From contig OZ245777.1 in NCBI GenBank assembly GCA_965227775.1, positions 320,001 through 384,000 on the forward strand: DNA of 64,000 nucleotides, given 5' to 3'. Positions 19,098 to 28,698 of the stretch are shown piece by piece. Origin of the DNA: Phycisphaerales bacterium. Lineage in GTDB: Bacteria > Planctomycetota > Phycisphaerae > Phycisphaerales > UBA1924. The stretch's first letter is position 1. Each line of letters opens with the position of its first letter. The notes under the pieces are model-generated. The model saw only the letters and a list, made by a program, of their open reading frames with translations, did not search any database and was not told the DNA's origin. The translations under genes were made by a program, and so were the position numbers.

Positions 19098-20024
19098 TCA
19101 TCGCGTTCGGCTGGCCAACACGCGGACGAGGTCCGCGAGATCGCCGCCCGTGCTGCCGAGCGATTCGACCGCGGCAAGGCTCGACTCCAGCAGGCGTGCG
19201 ACTTCGGCTCGTGATGCCTCGACCCCCAAAACGCCGGGAAAAGTCAGCTTGCCGGCGTCTGCATCCTTACCCGTGCGCTTTCCGGCCTGTTCGGTCGATT
19301 GCTCCACGTCGATTAGGTCGTCGACTACCTGGAACATCAGTCCCACCGCCTCGGCGTAGGTGGTGATGGCCTCGAGGGTGGCATCATCCGCCCCTGCGCT
19401 GATGGCGCCCATTCGGCATGACGCCCGGAGGAGCGCGCCCGTCTTCCAGCGGTGGATCAACCGGAGCCGCGCCTCATCGTCCGATAGAGCCGATTCGAAA
19501 CCTCCGAGCGAGTCGAGCGTCTGGCCGTCGATCATGCGGGCGCTGGCGTCGGCCAGTTCGGCAATGAGCGCCGCGCTCGTCGCAGGATGCCGTACCCGCT
19601 TGCAGAGCGTCCAATAGGCCGCGTTGAGCATGGCATCGCCCGCGAGCAGTGCCACCGCTTCCCCGGCGTGCACGTGCAGGGTTGGTCGCCCGCGGCGGAG
19701 GTCGTCGTCGTCCATGCAGGGCAGGTCGTCGTGCACCAGGCTGAACGCGTGCACGAGTTCGACGGCAGCGGCCGCGGGCAGCGCGGGAGCGTCATCGCCA
19801 CCGCAGGCCCGGGCGCACATGAGTGTCAGCGCGGGCCGCAATCGCTTACCGCCGCCGAGCGCGGCATAGCGGGAGCCGTCACGCATGATGGCACTCTGGC
19901 AGGCCTCGTCGATGACAGAAGCGATCTCGCCCTCCACCAGCACGGCGAGTTCGGCAACGAGCGCGCGGATTCGGGCTTCGGTTGCGTCGCTGCTGGTCTT
20001 GTGGGCCGTGGGCTCGCCGGTCAT
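19098..20024 (-). CDS. ispA: Polyprenyl (farnesyl/geranylgeranyl) diphosphate synthase
   Basis: GGKRLRP, SLVHDDLPCMDDDDLRRGRPT, KTGALL, FQVVDD, GKDADAGKLTF; upstream of dxs. Confidence 0.9.
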   Translation of the reverse strand: MTGEPTAHKTSSDATEARIRALVAELAVLVEGEIASVIDEACQSAIMRDGSRYAALGGGKRLRPALTLMCARACGGDDAPALPAAAAVELVHAFSLVHDDLPCMDDDDLRRGRPTLHVHAGEAVALLAGDAMLNAAYWTLCKRVRHPATSAALIAELADASARMIDGQTLDSLGGFESALSDDEARLRLIHRWKTGALLRASCRMGAISAGADDATLEAITTYAEAVGLMFQVVDDLIDVEQSTEQAGKRTGKDADAGKLTFPGVLGVEASRAEVARLLESSLAAVESLGSTGGDLADLVRVLASRTR

Positions 20025-20069
20025 GGGGCAACGGTACCATCAGGGCCCTAGCAACGCCGGAGCGATTGA

Positions 20070-20711
20070 GTGGAAGCCCTAGTCAACGGCATACGACAGT
20101 GGTTCGAGGTTGGCGGCTGGGTCATGGCGCCCCTCGCCCTCGTCAGCGTCGTAGGTCTCGCAATCGTCTTCGAGCGGGTGCTCTTCTGGGCTCGACTGAC
20201 CGGCTCGGGCGTTCGTGGCCGGACCGGCTCGCTGGCCGAGAAGTTGCGTCGCGGCGAATTCGCCAGCATCGTCAAGAGCACGAGCGAGCGACGCGATCCG
20301 TACTCGCGGCTGGCGCGGGAGCTCTCGCAGGACGTCTCGGGCCCGATCGGCGAGGCCCGGGCTCGCGAGGCGATCGAGGCCCAGCGATACGCCGTCGAGC
20401 GGTTCCAGGGCGCGCTGAGCATCATCATTACCGCGGCGCCGATGCTGGGCATCCTGGGCACCGTGACGGGCATCATCACAAGTTTCGCCGCCATCGGTGA
20501 GGCGGGCGACGGCGACCCGAGGCTCGTCGCCGGGGGCATCGCCCAGGCGCTGTATACCACCGCCTTCGGACTCGCGATCGCCGTTGCGGCGCTGTTTCCC
20601 TACGGCATCTTCAAGGGTCTGGCCGACCGAGCCCTGACCCGGCTGGAGTTGCTGGCGTCCTCGGCCATGGAAGGCTCGAGCGAGCTCAAAGACCGGCCAT
20701 CTGGCGGATGA
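20070..20711 (+). CDS. MotA/TolQ/ExbB proton channel protein
   Basis: APMLGILGTVTGII.SF, AGGIAQALYTTAFGL. Confidence 0.9.
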   Translation: MEALVNGIRQWFEVGGWVMAPLALVSVVGLAIVFERVLFWARLTGSGVRGRTGSLAEKLRRGEFASIVKSTSERRDPYSRLARELSQDVSGPIGEARAREAIEAQRYAVERFQGALSIIITAAPMLGILGTVTGIITSFAAIGEAGDGDPRLVAGGIAQALYTTAFGLAIAVAALFPYGIFKGLADRALTRLELLASSAMEGSSELKDRPSGG

Positions 20712-21111
20712 TCTTGTCGAGCTTCGTGGGCACGGGCATCACGCTCAGCCGCGATTGACGAACGAGATCGAAGTCCTTGAAGCGATCGTCGGCCTTGATG
20801 TCCTTGAGCGTGACCGGCGTCTTGGCCTTCTTGCCGACCGTCACGTCGAACAGCGGCGCCTTCATCTCGCCGTTGCCGTTCAGGCCGGGCTCGCCGGGAT
20901 CTTCGTACGGATTCGTAGCGATCTTGACGACGCCGATGATGGCCTTGTCGTTGCCCGTGTGATAGAAGAACGCCTCATCGCCCTTCTTGACGGCGCGCAT
21001 GTGCATGCGGGCGGCGTTGTTGGCCACGCCCGTCCACGCGGTGCGCTTGTCGCGCGTCATGTCGTCCCAGGAGTAGTCGCCCGGCTCGGTCTTGATCAGC
21101 CACGTCGCCAT
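20686..21111 (-). CDS. EVE domain protein
   Basis: WLIKTEP..YSW, WTGVAN, AFFYHTG, LVRQSRLSVMPV; 26-bp convergent overlap with the exbB-like gene. Confidence 0.9.
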   Translation of the reverse strand: MATWLIKTEPGDYSWDDMTRDKRTAWTGVANNAARMHMRAVKKGDEAFFYHTGNDKAIIGVVKIATNPYEDPGEPGLNGNGEMKAPLFDVTVGKKAKTPVTLKDIKADDRFKDFDLVRQSRLSVMPVPTKLDKIIRQMAGL

Positions 21112-21212
21112 GGCCGAGGATAGCGCACGAAAAACGACCGCACGCTGCGTGCATGCGGTCGCCATCGTTTGATCGGAGGCAGCGCTTGGCTGCTGAATCT
21201 ACTCAGCCAGAC

Positions 21213-21677
21213 TTACTGAGGGGCCTTAGCCAGTTCCTTGCCGGCCTCGCACTTGCCGCAGCAGGCGTCGGCGTCGGTGCCGCAGGCGTCGCCCGCGCAG
21301 GCATCACCGCACGCGTCGGCGCAGTCGCTGCCGGCCTCGGTCGAGATCATCTCGACCTGGGTGGCCTCGCCCGAGCATGCGGAATCGCAGCTGGCGTCGG
21401 CATCGCAGCTCGCGGCCTTCTCGCCGCCGCAGGAGCTCTCACAGCTGTCGCAGCTCTCGCCGGTCGAGACGAGGGTGGCCTCAGCTTCCTTGGAACTGTC
21501 GCACAGAGCGCAGCATCCGTCGCCCTCGGCGGCGACGGCGGTGGTCGTGACCTCGTTGCCGGTCACGGCGCAGGCGCTGCAATCGCCCGACATCATGCGA
21601 TACCCGGCGATGCCGAGAACGGAAAGGCCTGCGATCGTCGCGATCACGATGCTGGTGGTCGAACCGGTGCGCTTCAT
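21213..21677 (-). CDS. Cys-rich, acidic, exported or membrane-anchored small protein
   Basis: N-terminal hydrophobic segment, 18 Cys in CxxC/CxxxC/CC clusters; GAGGAGG RBS. Confidence 0.7.
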   Translation of the reverse strand: MKRTGSTTSIVIATIAGLSVLGIAGYRMMSGDCSACAVTGNEVTTTAVAAEGDGCCALCDSSKEAEATLVSTGESCDSCESSCGGEKAASCDADASCDSACSGEATQVEMISTEAGSDCADACGDACAGDACGTDADACCGKCEAGKELAKAPQ

Positions 21678-21995
21678 CTGCTGCCTCCTCGATGCACGCC
21701 TGGCCGCATCTGCGGGCCGGCGGGGTTGGTGGAATGACTCTCGTAAGCATACTCACCGCGCGACCCGCGCCGCCGGTGTTGCACCCTCACCATACTCGCA
21801 TCGGCTCAATTTGTTCCCGAAGGTTGTTGGCGTTTACCCCAATACACTGTCGTGCCGCAACTTCGGCCGAGACCGATAACTGATGCGGCCCGGAATTCCG
21901 TCGTTCGGACCGGCACTCGGCGTTCAGACGGCCCTCCGACGGGTCGATGTCTGCTCCGGAAACCATGCCCCGATCGCGTCACCTCGGAACGGACA

Positions 21996-23123
21996 ATGCC
22001 GCAGCACGAAGACCAGCCCGGAATCGACGAGGCCCCCGACTTCGGGGGAGGGGATCGTCCTGTAGACGGTGTCGGTGATGCCGAACCGGACGCCGACGTT
22101 GACAACGTGCTGGCGTCGATCGAGCAGGAGCTCAGCGCCCTGGTCGAGCGGTGCGAGCAGACGACCGCCCAGCACGCCCGCGAGCTTACCCAGCGGCAAG
22201 CTGAGATCGACCGGACGATCCAGATCGCGATGAAGCGGCAGGTCGAGATCGACCGCAGGACCACCGAGCTGCGTCGCCTGGCCGACGAGGTGGTCGCCGC
22301 CGAAGCGAGCCTGGGCGAGCGCCGCCGCGCACTGGCCGAGCGCCTCCGACGCCGCCGGGCATGGATGGACGAGCGGCTGACCGCGGCCGTTGATCAGCAC
22401 GCCCGACGAGCGGCGCAGGAGCTGGAGGCCCGCGCCCAAGAGCTCGCCGAGCGCGAGACGCAGTTCTCTGAGGTCCAGTCCAGGCTCGACGAGCAGGCAG
22501 AGGCGGTCGAGAGCGAGCGTGCGAAGAACCTCGAAGTCCGCCGGCTGATCGAAGAGCAGGCCACGATGACGGCCTCGCACGCCGACGCGATGGACGCCCA
22601 CCTGGCCAAGCGGGACCAGGCATCGCTGGAGTTGCTCGAGCAACTGCGAGACGCGTGCGGCCTGGCAGACCGGGTGCGCGAGCTGTCTAATGAGGTTCGT
22701 GAGAGCCGCCTGGAAGTGCGCGAGAGCGCCGAGCGCGTGGAGCACGCCGAGCGCGAACAGGCGGAAGCCAGATCTTCATTGGAAGCCGCCCGGGCTCGCA
22801 TCGCGCAGCTCGAGCACCGCATCGAGGAACTCAGCCGCGACAACCTCTTACGCGAGCAGCGTGCAGCGCGCACGAATCACGAGATCGAGGCACGTCACGC
22901 GCGCCTGGACGAGCGAGAGCGGCGGCTGAACGCCGAGGCCGAGCGGCTAGCGAGCGATCAGGCCGCCTGCGATGACAAGCTGCGTGAGCTGGGCCATGGG
23001 CTCATCGAACGCGACCGAGCGGCTCGGGCCTTACGGCTCGACCCGCGCACGCCGCTGGCGGTGAGCTCGCTTGGCATCCCGGTCAGCCCACGGCGGCGGC
23101 CCGACATCCGGTTGGTGAACTGA
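21996..23123 (+). CDS. Long coiled-coil protein
   Basis: About 300 aa of E/R/A/L heptad-like sequence. Confidence 0.75.
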   Translation: MPQHEDQPGIDEAPDFGGGDRPVDGVGDAEPDADVDNVLASIEQELSALVERCEQTTAQHARELTQRQAEIDRTIQIAMKRQVEIDRRTTELRRLADEVVAAEASLGERRRALAERLRRRRAWMDERLTAAVDQHARRAAQELEARAQELAERETQFSEVQSRLDEQAEAVESERAKNLEVRRLIEEQATMTASHADAMDAHLAKRDQASLELLEQLRDACGLADRVRELSNEVRESRLEVRESAERVEHAEREQAEARSSLEAARARIAQLEHRIEELSRDNLLREQRAARTNHEIEARHARLDERERRLNAEAERLASDQAACDDKLRELGHGLIERDRAARALRLDPRTPLAVSSLGIPVSPRRRPDIRLVN

Positions 23124-23132
23124 GGCATCGAC

Positions 23133-24956
23133 ATGAACAACGGCGACATGGCACAAGCAGGCAACGAGCAGAACCCGCGCGTCAACTCCGCGGGGCTGAC
23201 CGAGGACATCCGCGGGGTGATGAGCGACATCGAGCGTCGGCTCGACCGCCTGCGAGCCGCGCACGCCGATCGTGAACGCGAGCGCGAAGAGCTCGAATCG
23301 CGTAGCCAGGCGGTCCAGAAGCGCGCCCGCCAGCTCGAAGAGGCTCGCCAGGAACTCGCCGACCACCAGCGGGCGCACGAGGATGCGGTCGCCGCCGCCG
23401 AGGCCCGATTCGTTGAGCTCGATCGTCGTGAGGAAGCCGCGCGGACGGCGTTCGAGGAAGCAAAAGCGCGCCACGACGCGACGCGCTCCGAGCTTGCCCA
23501 GGCAGCCACCGGGGTCGAGCAAGGACAGCAGGAAGTGGCTGCGCAGCGCGAGGCGTTCGAGAACGAGCGCGAGCGGGTCGAACAACTCGCTCAGGAAGCG
23601 GCGCAGCAGGTGAAGGACGTCGAGGAAGACCGCGCGGCCCTGGAAGCCACGGCGTGCGAGCTCGATGAGCGGCAGAAGGACCTGGACGAGCAGGCGTCAA
23701 CGCTCGCCGAACGCGTCCGCGAGATCGAATCGCGGAGCAAGTCGCTCGATGAGCGGGCGAAGATGCTCGAAGAGCAGGACCGCAAGCTGGCCGAGCTGAG
23801 CCGCGAGGCCGCCGAGCAACGCGAGAAGCTCTCGGGTGACAGCTCCGATCTGGAACAGCAGAAGCAGTGGCTGGCCGAGCAGACCAGGCAGACCGACATG
23901 CTTCGCGCACGCGTGAAGCAGCTCGAAGCCGAGCTGGCGGCCGCACGGAACGAGGCTTCGCAAGAGCACTCCGCTGAAACTGACGACTCCCTGCGCGAAG
24001 AGCTGGACACGACGCAGCAGAAGCTGCGCGATGCAGCGGGCATCATCGCGCAGCTCCGTGAGCAAGCTGAGAACGCCGCGCCCATCGAGCCGGCGGACGC
24101 CGACGCCGCCCACCTGCAACGCCGGCAGCGCCGGTTGCGATTCATCCGCCAAACGCTGCAGCAGGAGCACGCCAAGATCGCCAAGGCGAGCGAACTGCTG
24201 AAGACCCGATCCGACGCGCTCGCGGCCCGAGGGGGCGACGCGCCCCAAGCCTCGCCGGCGCCGGTCGCCAAGGGGCCGATCGCTGCCATGGCTCGCATGG
24301 GCATCGGCATGCTGAGCGTGGCCGGTGCGATCGCCGTCCTCGCGGTCGTCAGTTGGATCGCATCGGGTGAGATCGTGACGCCGACGTACGCCTCGAGCGT
24401 GACGGTCGCGCATGACGCACGCGGCCGCGAGGTGCTCCCAGAGGACCTCGCCGGTTGGCAGGCCTTCCACGAGGGCCTGATGGAGGACCCGCGGTTCTAC
24501 GAGTTCGCCGCCGAGCGCATGCGGCAGCGTGGGCTTCTGGAATTGGGCAACGCCGTGGCAGTGAAGTCGTTCGTCGAGGAGTCGGTGGGCTGGGCGTCGG
24601 GCAAGGACGGCGAACTCATGCTCGAAGTGCGCCAGCAGGGCGCCGATCGATCTCGCCGGGTGGCCGAGACGCTGGCGATCGCGCTCGTAGGTCAAGCCAA
24701 CTCGGCCCGAGAGCGCCGCCCCGATGGCTTGCCCAGCGTCATCTCGAAGGACGCGACACCCGACCGCCGGCCCATGACCAACGAGCGCCCGATGTATGCG
24801 GGCGGCATCTTCGCCGGATTGGCGCTTGCGAGCGTGGGGCTCGGCGGCGTGGTGTCTCGTCGAATCGCGAAGCTGCGCCAGCAGGCCGCCGCCGAGGGTC
24901 ACACCGACTACGACGACATGGGCGAGCAAAGCGAAGGCCGAATCAGCATCGGCTGA
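23133..24956 (+). CDS. Coiled-coil protein with C-terminal TM - extracytoplasmic domain - TM
   Basis: About 360 aa coiled coil, then two TMs flanking about 140 aa; 9 bp downstream of the previous gene. Confidence 0.75.
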   Translation: MNNGDMAQAGNEQNPRVNSAGLTEDIRGVMSDIERRLDRLRAAHADREREREELESRSQAVQKRARQLEEARQELADHQRAHEDAVAAAEARFVELDRREEAARTAFEEAKARHDATRSELAQAATGVEQGQQEVAAQREAFENERERVEQLAQEAAQQVKDVEEDRAALEATACELDERQKDLDEQASTLAERVREIESRSKSLDERAKMLEEQDRKLAELSREAAEQREKLSGDSSDLEQQKQWLAEQTRQTDMLRARVKQLEAELAAARNEASQEHSAETDDSLREELDTTQQKLRDAAGIIAQLREQAENAAPIEPADADAAHLQRRQRRLRFIRQTLQQEHAKIAKASELLKTRSDALAARGGDAPQASPAPVAKGPIAAMARMGIGMLSVAGAIAVLAVVSWIASGEIVTPTYASSVTVAHDARGREVLPEDLAGWQAFHEGLMEDPRFYEFAAERMRQRGLLELGNAVAVKSFVEESVGWASGKDGELMLEVRQQGADRSRRVAETLAIALVGQANSARERRPDGLPSVISKDATPDRRPMTNERPMYAGGIFAGLALASVGLGGVVSRRIAKLRQQAAAEGHTDYDDMGEQSEGRISIG

Positions 24957-25001
24957 CACGGCCGTTCACGAATCAAGCTGGTTTGCGTCAGACGCCGGCG
25001 A

Positions 25002-25811
25002 TCAGAGATTGACCGTGGTGGTCGCCATGATCTGCTTGGTGCCGCTGGCAACGTCGACGCTCACGAGCGCCAGACGCATGCCGTTCTCGAGCACGAAATC
25101 CTGCAGGTACTGGCCCGTGAGTATGCCGTCCGACTCGAACTGGCGAATCGAGCGACCGATCTGGTTGCGGCCGTCCAACTCGACCAGCGCGTACTCGATG
25201 TTGTCACTCTGGGGCAGGTAGGCGCAGCGGAGGGTTCCGGCGCTGCCTTCTTCGAGGTACTCGATCATCACCATGACGCCGGACGTCGAGTCGACCGGGG
25301 TGAAGGCGATCTCTCGCACGTTCTCCCGGTTGAAGATGAACTCGAGGGCGTCGGCTTCATACGCCTGGATGTCGCGGTCGAGGCGTAGGTTGTTCACGAA
25401 TCGCGTGTTTAGGTCGTTGTACCGCAGCGAAGAGTGGCCAAACGCAACGCCGAAAGCGATGGCTGCGGCCGCGGAGGCGATTGCACCAATCCGCCAGACG
25501 CTCGAAACGCCGTGGCTCTTGCGGATGCTCAGCGGGCTGTCGGTGTCGTCGGCCTCGGAGGCCTTGGCGATGGCGTCGGCCAGCATGGCCTCGCGGACGG
25601 CAGTGATGACGCGTGCTCGCATGTCGGCCGCGGGCTGCACGTCGGGCAGCAGGCCCTCGAGGTTCGCCAGGCGGGCCTGCTCGTTCAGCACGCGATCCTG
25701 CGTTGCCGGCGGGGCGGCCTTGAACGCGGCGTCGAAGGACGCGGACTCTGCATCGTCGAGCATTCCCAGTGCGTCGAGGACGGCCAGTTCTATCAAGTCA
25801 ATCGTGTTCAT
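25002..25811 (-). CDS. Anti-sigma factor (RskA-like)
   Basis: ELAVLDALGMLDDAE N-terminus, single TM, overlaps the ECF sigma stop. Confidence 0.75.
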   Translation of the reverse strand: MNTIDLIELAVLDALGMLDDAESASFDAAFKAAPPATQDRVLNEQARLANLEGLLPDVQPAADMRARVITAVREAMLADAIAKASEADDTDSPLSIRKSHGVSSVWRIGAIASAAAAIAFGVAFGHSSLRYNDLNTRFVNNLRLDRDIQAYEADALEFIFNRENVREIAFTPVDSTSGVMVMIEYLEEGSAGTLRCAYLPQSDNIEYALVELDGRNQIGRSIRQFESDGILTGQYLQDFVLENGMRLALVSVDVASGTKQIMATTTVNL

Positions 25812-26383
25812 GTCGCGGCTTCCTCGACGGCTCTCTCTCGCAGACGCACCAGGGCCCGGCTCAGGGCGGACTTCACGGTTCCGATGGGCGTGTCCAGTTC
25901 TTCGCCGATCTGGCGGAGCGTCTGTCCCCCTAGATACGCACGGATGACCACCCTCTGTTGCAGTTCCGGCAAGGTCTTTACGAGCTCAAGCACGTCTTTA
26001 TAACGCTCGTGCTGCTCCAAACCGGTCATTTCCCCCGACCCACCGCCGGGCAGCTGTCCGGCAGACTCCCCGAATGCGGTGGTCTTGAGCCTCGCTTGGC
26101 TGCGGCGGAGGCGGTCCACCAGGTGGCGCCGGCTCAGGAGCATGACCCACGTGACCAGCGCGGCCCGCTTTGGGTCGTACCGGTCGGCGGTCTTCCAGAG
26201 CCGAACGAAGATCTCCTGGACGGCATCCTCGGCGTCGGCTCGCGTGGGCATGGTCTGATAAGCCATGCGGTACACGAGCGAACCAAAGCGGTCGTAGAGA
26301 TCGCCGATGGCGGACTCCTCTCCCGCAGCCACACGCTGCATCAGGTCGAGGTCTGCCTTCGGGTTTCGCGGATGCTTGGCCAT
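25808..26383 (-). CDS. ECF sigma-70 factor
   Basis: DAEDAVQEIFVRLW region 2; LPELQQRV...IGTVKSALSRA region 4. Confidence 0.92.
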   Translation of the reverse strand: MAKHPRNPKADLDLMQRVAAGEESAIGDLYDRFGSLVYRMAYQTMPTRADAEDAVQEIFVRLWKTADRYDPKRAALVTWVMLLSRRHLVDRLRRSQARLKTTAFGESAGQLPGGGSGEMTGLEQHERYKDVLELVKTLPELQQRVVIRAYLGGQTLRQIGEELDTPIGTVKSALSRALVRLRERAVEEAAT

Positions 26384-26676
26384 GTCCCACCTGCCACCAG
26401 CAAGTCACCGCCGGAGGCGGCTTCGTTATGCCAGCCGGCGGCCCAACGTTTCTATTCGCGGGCGCCCCGATCAGGATCCTTCCGGGATGCGAGTGCGGCA
26501 CAGGAACGCACGATTCACCAGTTTGAAAGGTTTTTGATTGGGTGTTTCGTCAGGTTCCGCTGGGATCCAAATAATTCTCTTGTGTTGACCCGTTGGTTTC
26601 GTGTATACTCACGTCACACGACCAGCCGCCTCGGGGAACGCGGATGAGTGGGGCAAATGTGATAACTCGGTATCCG

Positions 26677-27444
26677 ATGGCAACTCGGCGACTCGCCAGA
26701 AGGCGCTCCCGCGCGTTCACGCTTGTGGACGTGCTGGTGTCGATCGCTGTCATCCTGGTGCTGATTTCGCTCATGATGCCCGCCCTGACCAAGGCGACGG
26801 AGACCGCCCACCGGCTCGTGTGCTCGTCGAACGTGCGGCAGATCGGCATCGCCATGCTGATGTACGCCGACACGAACAAGGATCTGATCCCCCCCACCAC
26901 GTTCTACGACCCCAGACAGAACCGGGCCGAGCAGATGCTCATTCTCAGGCTCACCAGCGTGTCGTCGGTGCCACATGACTACAGCCCCGAGACCGGCGGC
27001 TGGGATGGATTGGGCCTGCTGTACTTCGGCGGTTATCTCGACCACGCCTCGTGCTATTACTGCCCCTCGCACGATGGCGCCCATCCGCTGTCTGAGTACG
27101 CCGACAGCTTCGGTGATCTGCCCGACAACGTCGTCGGCAACTACCAGTATCGTGGTGCCGGCCCCAATGGCCAGCGTCACCTGAGCAAGATTGAGCCACG
27201 CCGCACGGCACTCGTGGCCGATGGCATGCGTCTGCGGAGTGACTACAACCACGATGTTGGCTCGAACGTGATGCGGGCTGACCTCTCGGTCACGTGGTTC
27301 CGCGACTACGGCGGCCGCGTCGTATCTCGCCTGCCGCTGCAAGAGTCCGAGGCTCGTTCGTCCGTCGTAATGGATGCCTGGGCCCTGATCGACGAGCAGC
27401 TCGACGCCGGTGCCGGCGATTCGTGGCCGCCCCGCAAGAAGTAG
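26677..27444 (+). CDS. Prepilin-type N-terminal cleavage protein (planctomycete pilin-like)
   Basis: RRSRA|FTLVDVLVSIAVILVLISLMMPAL, CSSNVRQIG, YYCPS, H..GSNV...D.SV.W. Confidence 0.8.
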   Translation: MATRRLARRRSRAFTLVDVLVSIAVILVLISLMMPALTKATETAHRLVCSSNVRQIGIAMLMYADTNKDLIPPTTFYDPRQNRAEQMLILRLTSVSSVPHDYSPETGGWDGLGLLYFGGYLDHASCYYCPSHDGAHPLSEYADSFGDLPDNVVGNYQYRGAGPNGQRHLSKIEPRRTALVADGMRLRSDYNHDVGSNVMRADLSVTWFRDYGGRVVSRLPLQESEARSSVVMDAWALIDEQLDAGAGDSWPPRKK

Positions 27445-27476
27445 TCTCCGCCCAAACGGTGTAATCGACTTGTCTT

Positions 27477-27501
27477 GAGCCGGGGTCTTCCCGGCTCTTT
27501 T
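27477..27501 (+). terminator. Intrinsic terminator
   Basis: GAGCCGGG-GTCTT-CCCGGCTC-TTTT. Confidence 0.8.
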
Positions 27502-27625
27502 CGTGTGTGCTTGCGATTGGCTCTGCATCGCAAGCGCCAACCCAATACAGTTGGAGCCGCGTCGATCTACAAGCGTCACCCACCCGGGTGGCCTCGACCG
27601 CCGCACCCACCCAGGAGGTACGTTC

Positions 27626-28687
27626 ATGGGACTGCACCGCGTTCTTTCCACGACGCGCTCCGCGCTCTTCACGGCGATGGCGGCCACGGTGCTGCTGCTT
27701 GCCCCGGCCGCCGATGCCCAGCTAACTCCCGACCGGACGTACTACGGCATCGACCGCGAGATCCCGATCACTGTGAACCTTCCCGGTGGAGCCGAGGGCG
27801 AGGCGACCATCGCGATCTTTAACGAGCGTGGCGACCGCGTGGCGCAGGCGAACGTGCTGGCCGGCCGCGTCGATCTGGCGACGTTCTTCCCGATCTTGTG
27901 GGGACAGCAGCAACCGGTCGTGTTGTTCGCGCAGCTGTACACGTCCGCAGAGTCCGACGCAGCGGCCGATGCAGAGACTCCCATTGGGGCCCCGCTTGTC
28001 CTGCAGCCGCTCGTGTCGCCGCGGCGCGCCGAGGTAACACAGTCGCTCGCTTCCTTCCGACGGGCACGCCAGCGGGCTGAGTGGAGGTGGAACGATGACG
28101 CGTACGTCCCCTTCTTCTCGGGCATGCGCATCTATGAAGACAAACTCGTCAAGATGAACACAACAGAGGGCGAGATTATCTTCCGATTGCGCCCAGACGC
28201 GGCGCCCAACACCGTTTGGCACATCAGGGAACTCGTGCGCGGCGGCTTCTACACCGACATCCCGTTCCATCGTGTGCTACCGACGCATCCAACGGGCAAG
28301 CCGTTCGTCATCCAGGCTGGCGACCCGACCGGCCAGGGCACCGGCGGGCCTGGCGTCCTCATCGATCTCGAGCCCAGCACCCTGGTCCACGATTTTGGCG
28401 TGCTCTCGATGGCTCGAGGGGACGACCCGGACAGCAACGGCTCGCAGTTCTTCGTGGCGCTCAGCCAAGAAGCAACAGTGCACCTCAACGGAAGCTACAC
28501 CGGCTTCGGCCAGGCGGTCAGCGGGGCCGAGACGATCATCGCGATCGAGCAAACGCCTTTGGAAGATCAGCGGATGGGCCGCCCCGCAAATCCGCCGCGC
28601 ATCGTCAGCGCCGAATTGATCGATGCGCCGCCGTTCGGCACCGGTCCGGAACCGGTCCAGCGTCCGCAGGGCTCGGGCGAGCGCTAA
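27626..28687 (+). CDS. Exported cyclophilin-type peptidyl-prolyl isomerase with extra N-terminal domain
   Basis: AGGAGG RBS; signal peptide; APNTV, FHRV, FVIQAGDP, GVLSMAR, SQFF, HLNGSYTGFG. Confidence 0.9.
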   Translation: MGLHRVLSTTRSALFTAMAATVLLLAPAADAQLTPDRTYYGIDREIPITVNLPGGAEGEATIAIFNERGDRVAQANVLAGRVDLATFFPILWGQQQPVVLFAQLYTSAESDAAADAETPIGAPLVLQPLVSPRRAEVTQSLASFRRARQRAEWRWNDDAYVPFFSGMRIYEDKLVKMNTTEGEIIFRLRPDAAPNTVWHIRELVRGGFYTDIPFHRVLPTHPTGKPFVIQAGDPTGQGTGGPGVLIDLEPSTLVHDFGVLSMARGDDPDSNGSQFFVALSQEATVHLNGSYTGFGQAVSGAETIIAIEQTPLEDQRMGRPANPPRIVSAELIDAPPFGTGPEPVQRPQGSGER

Positions 28688-28698
28688 GCGGGCAATCG

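Noticed and set aside
21853..21880. Sigma28-like promoter (ACCGATAA) upstream of the coiled-coil genes
   Set aside because: The -10-like octamer is present but there is no TAAA -35 element at the proper spacing.
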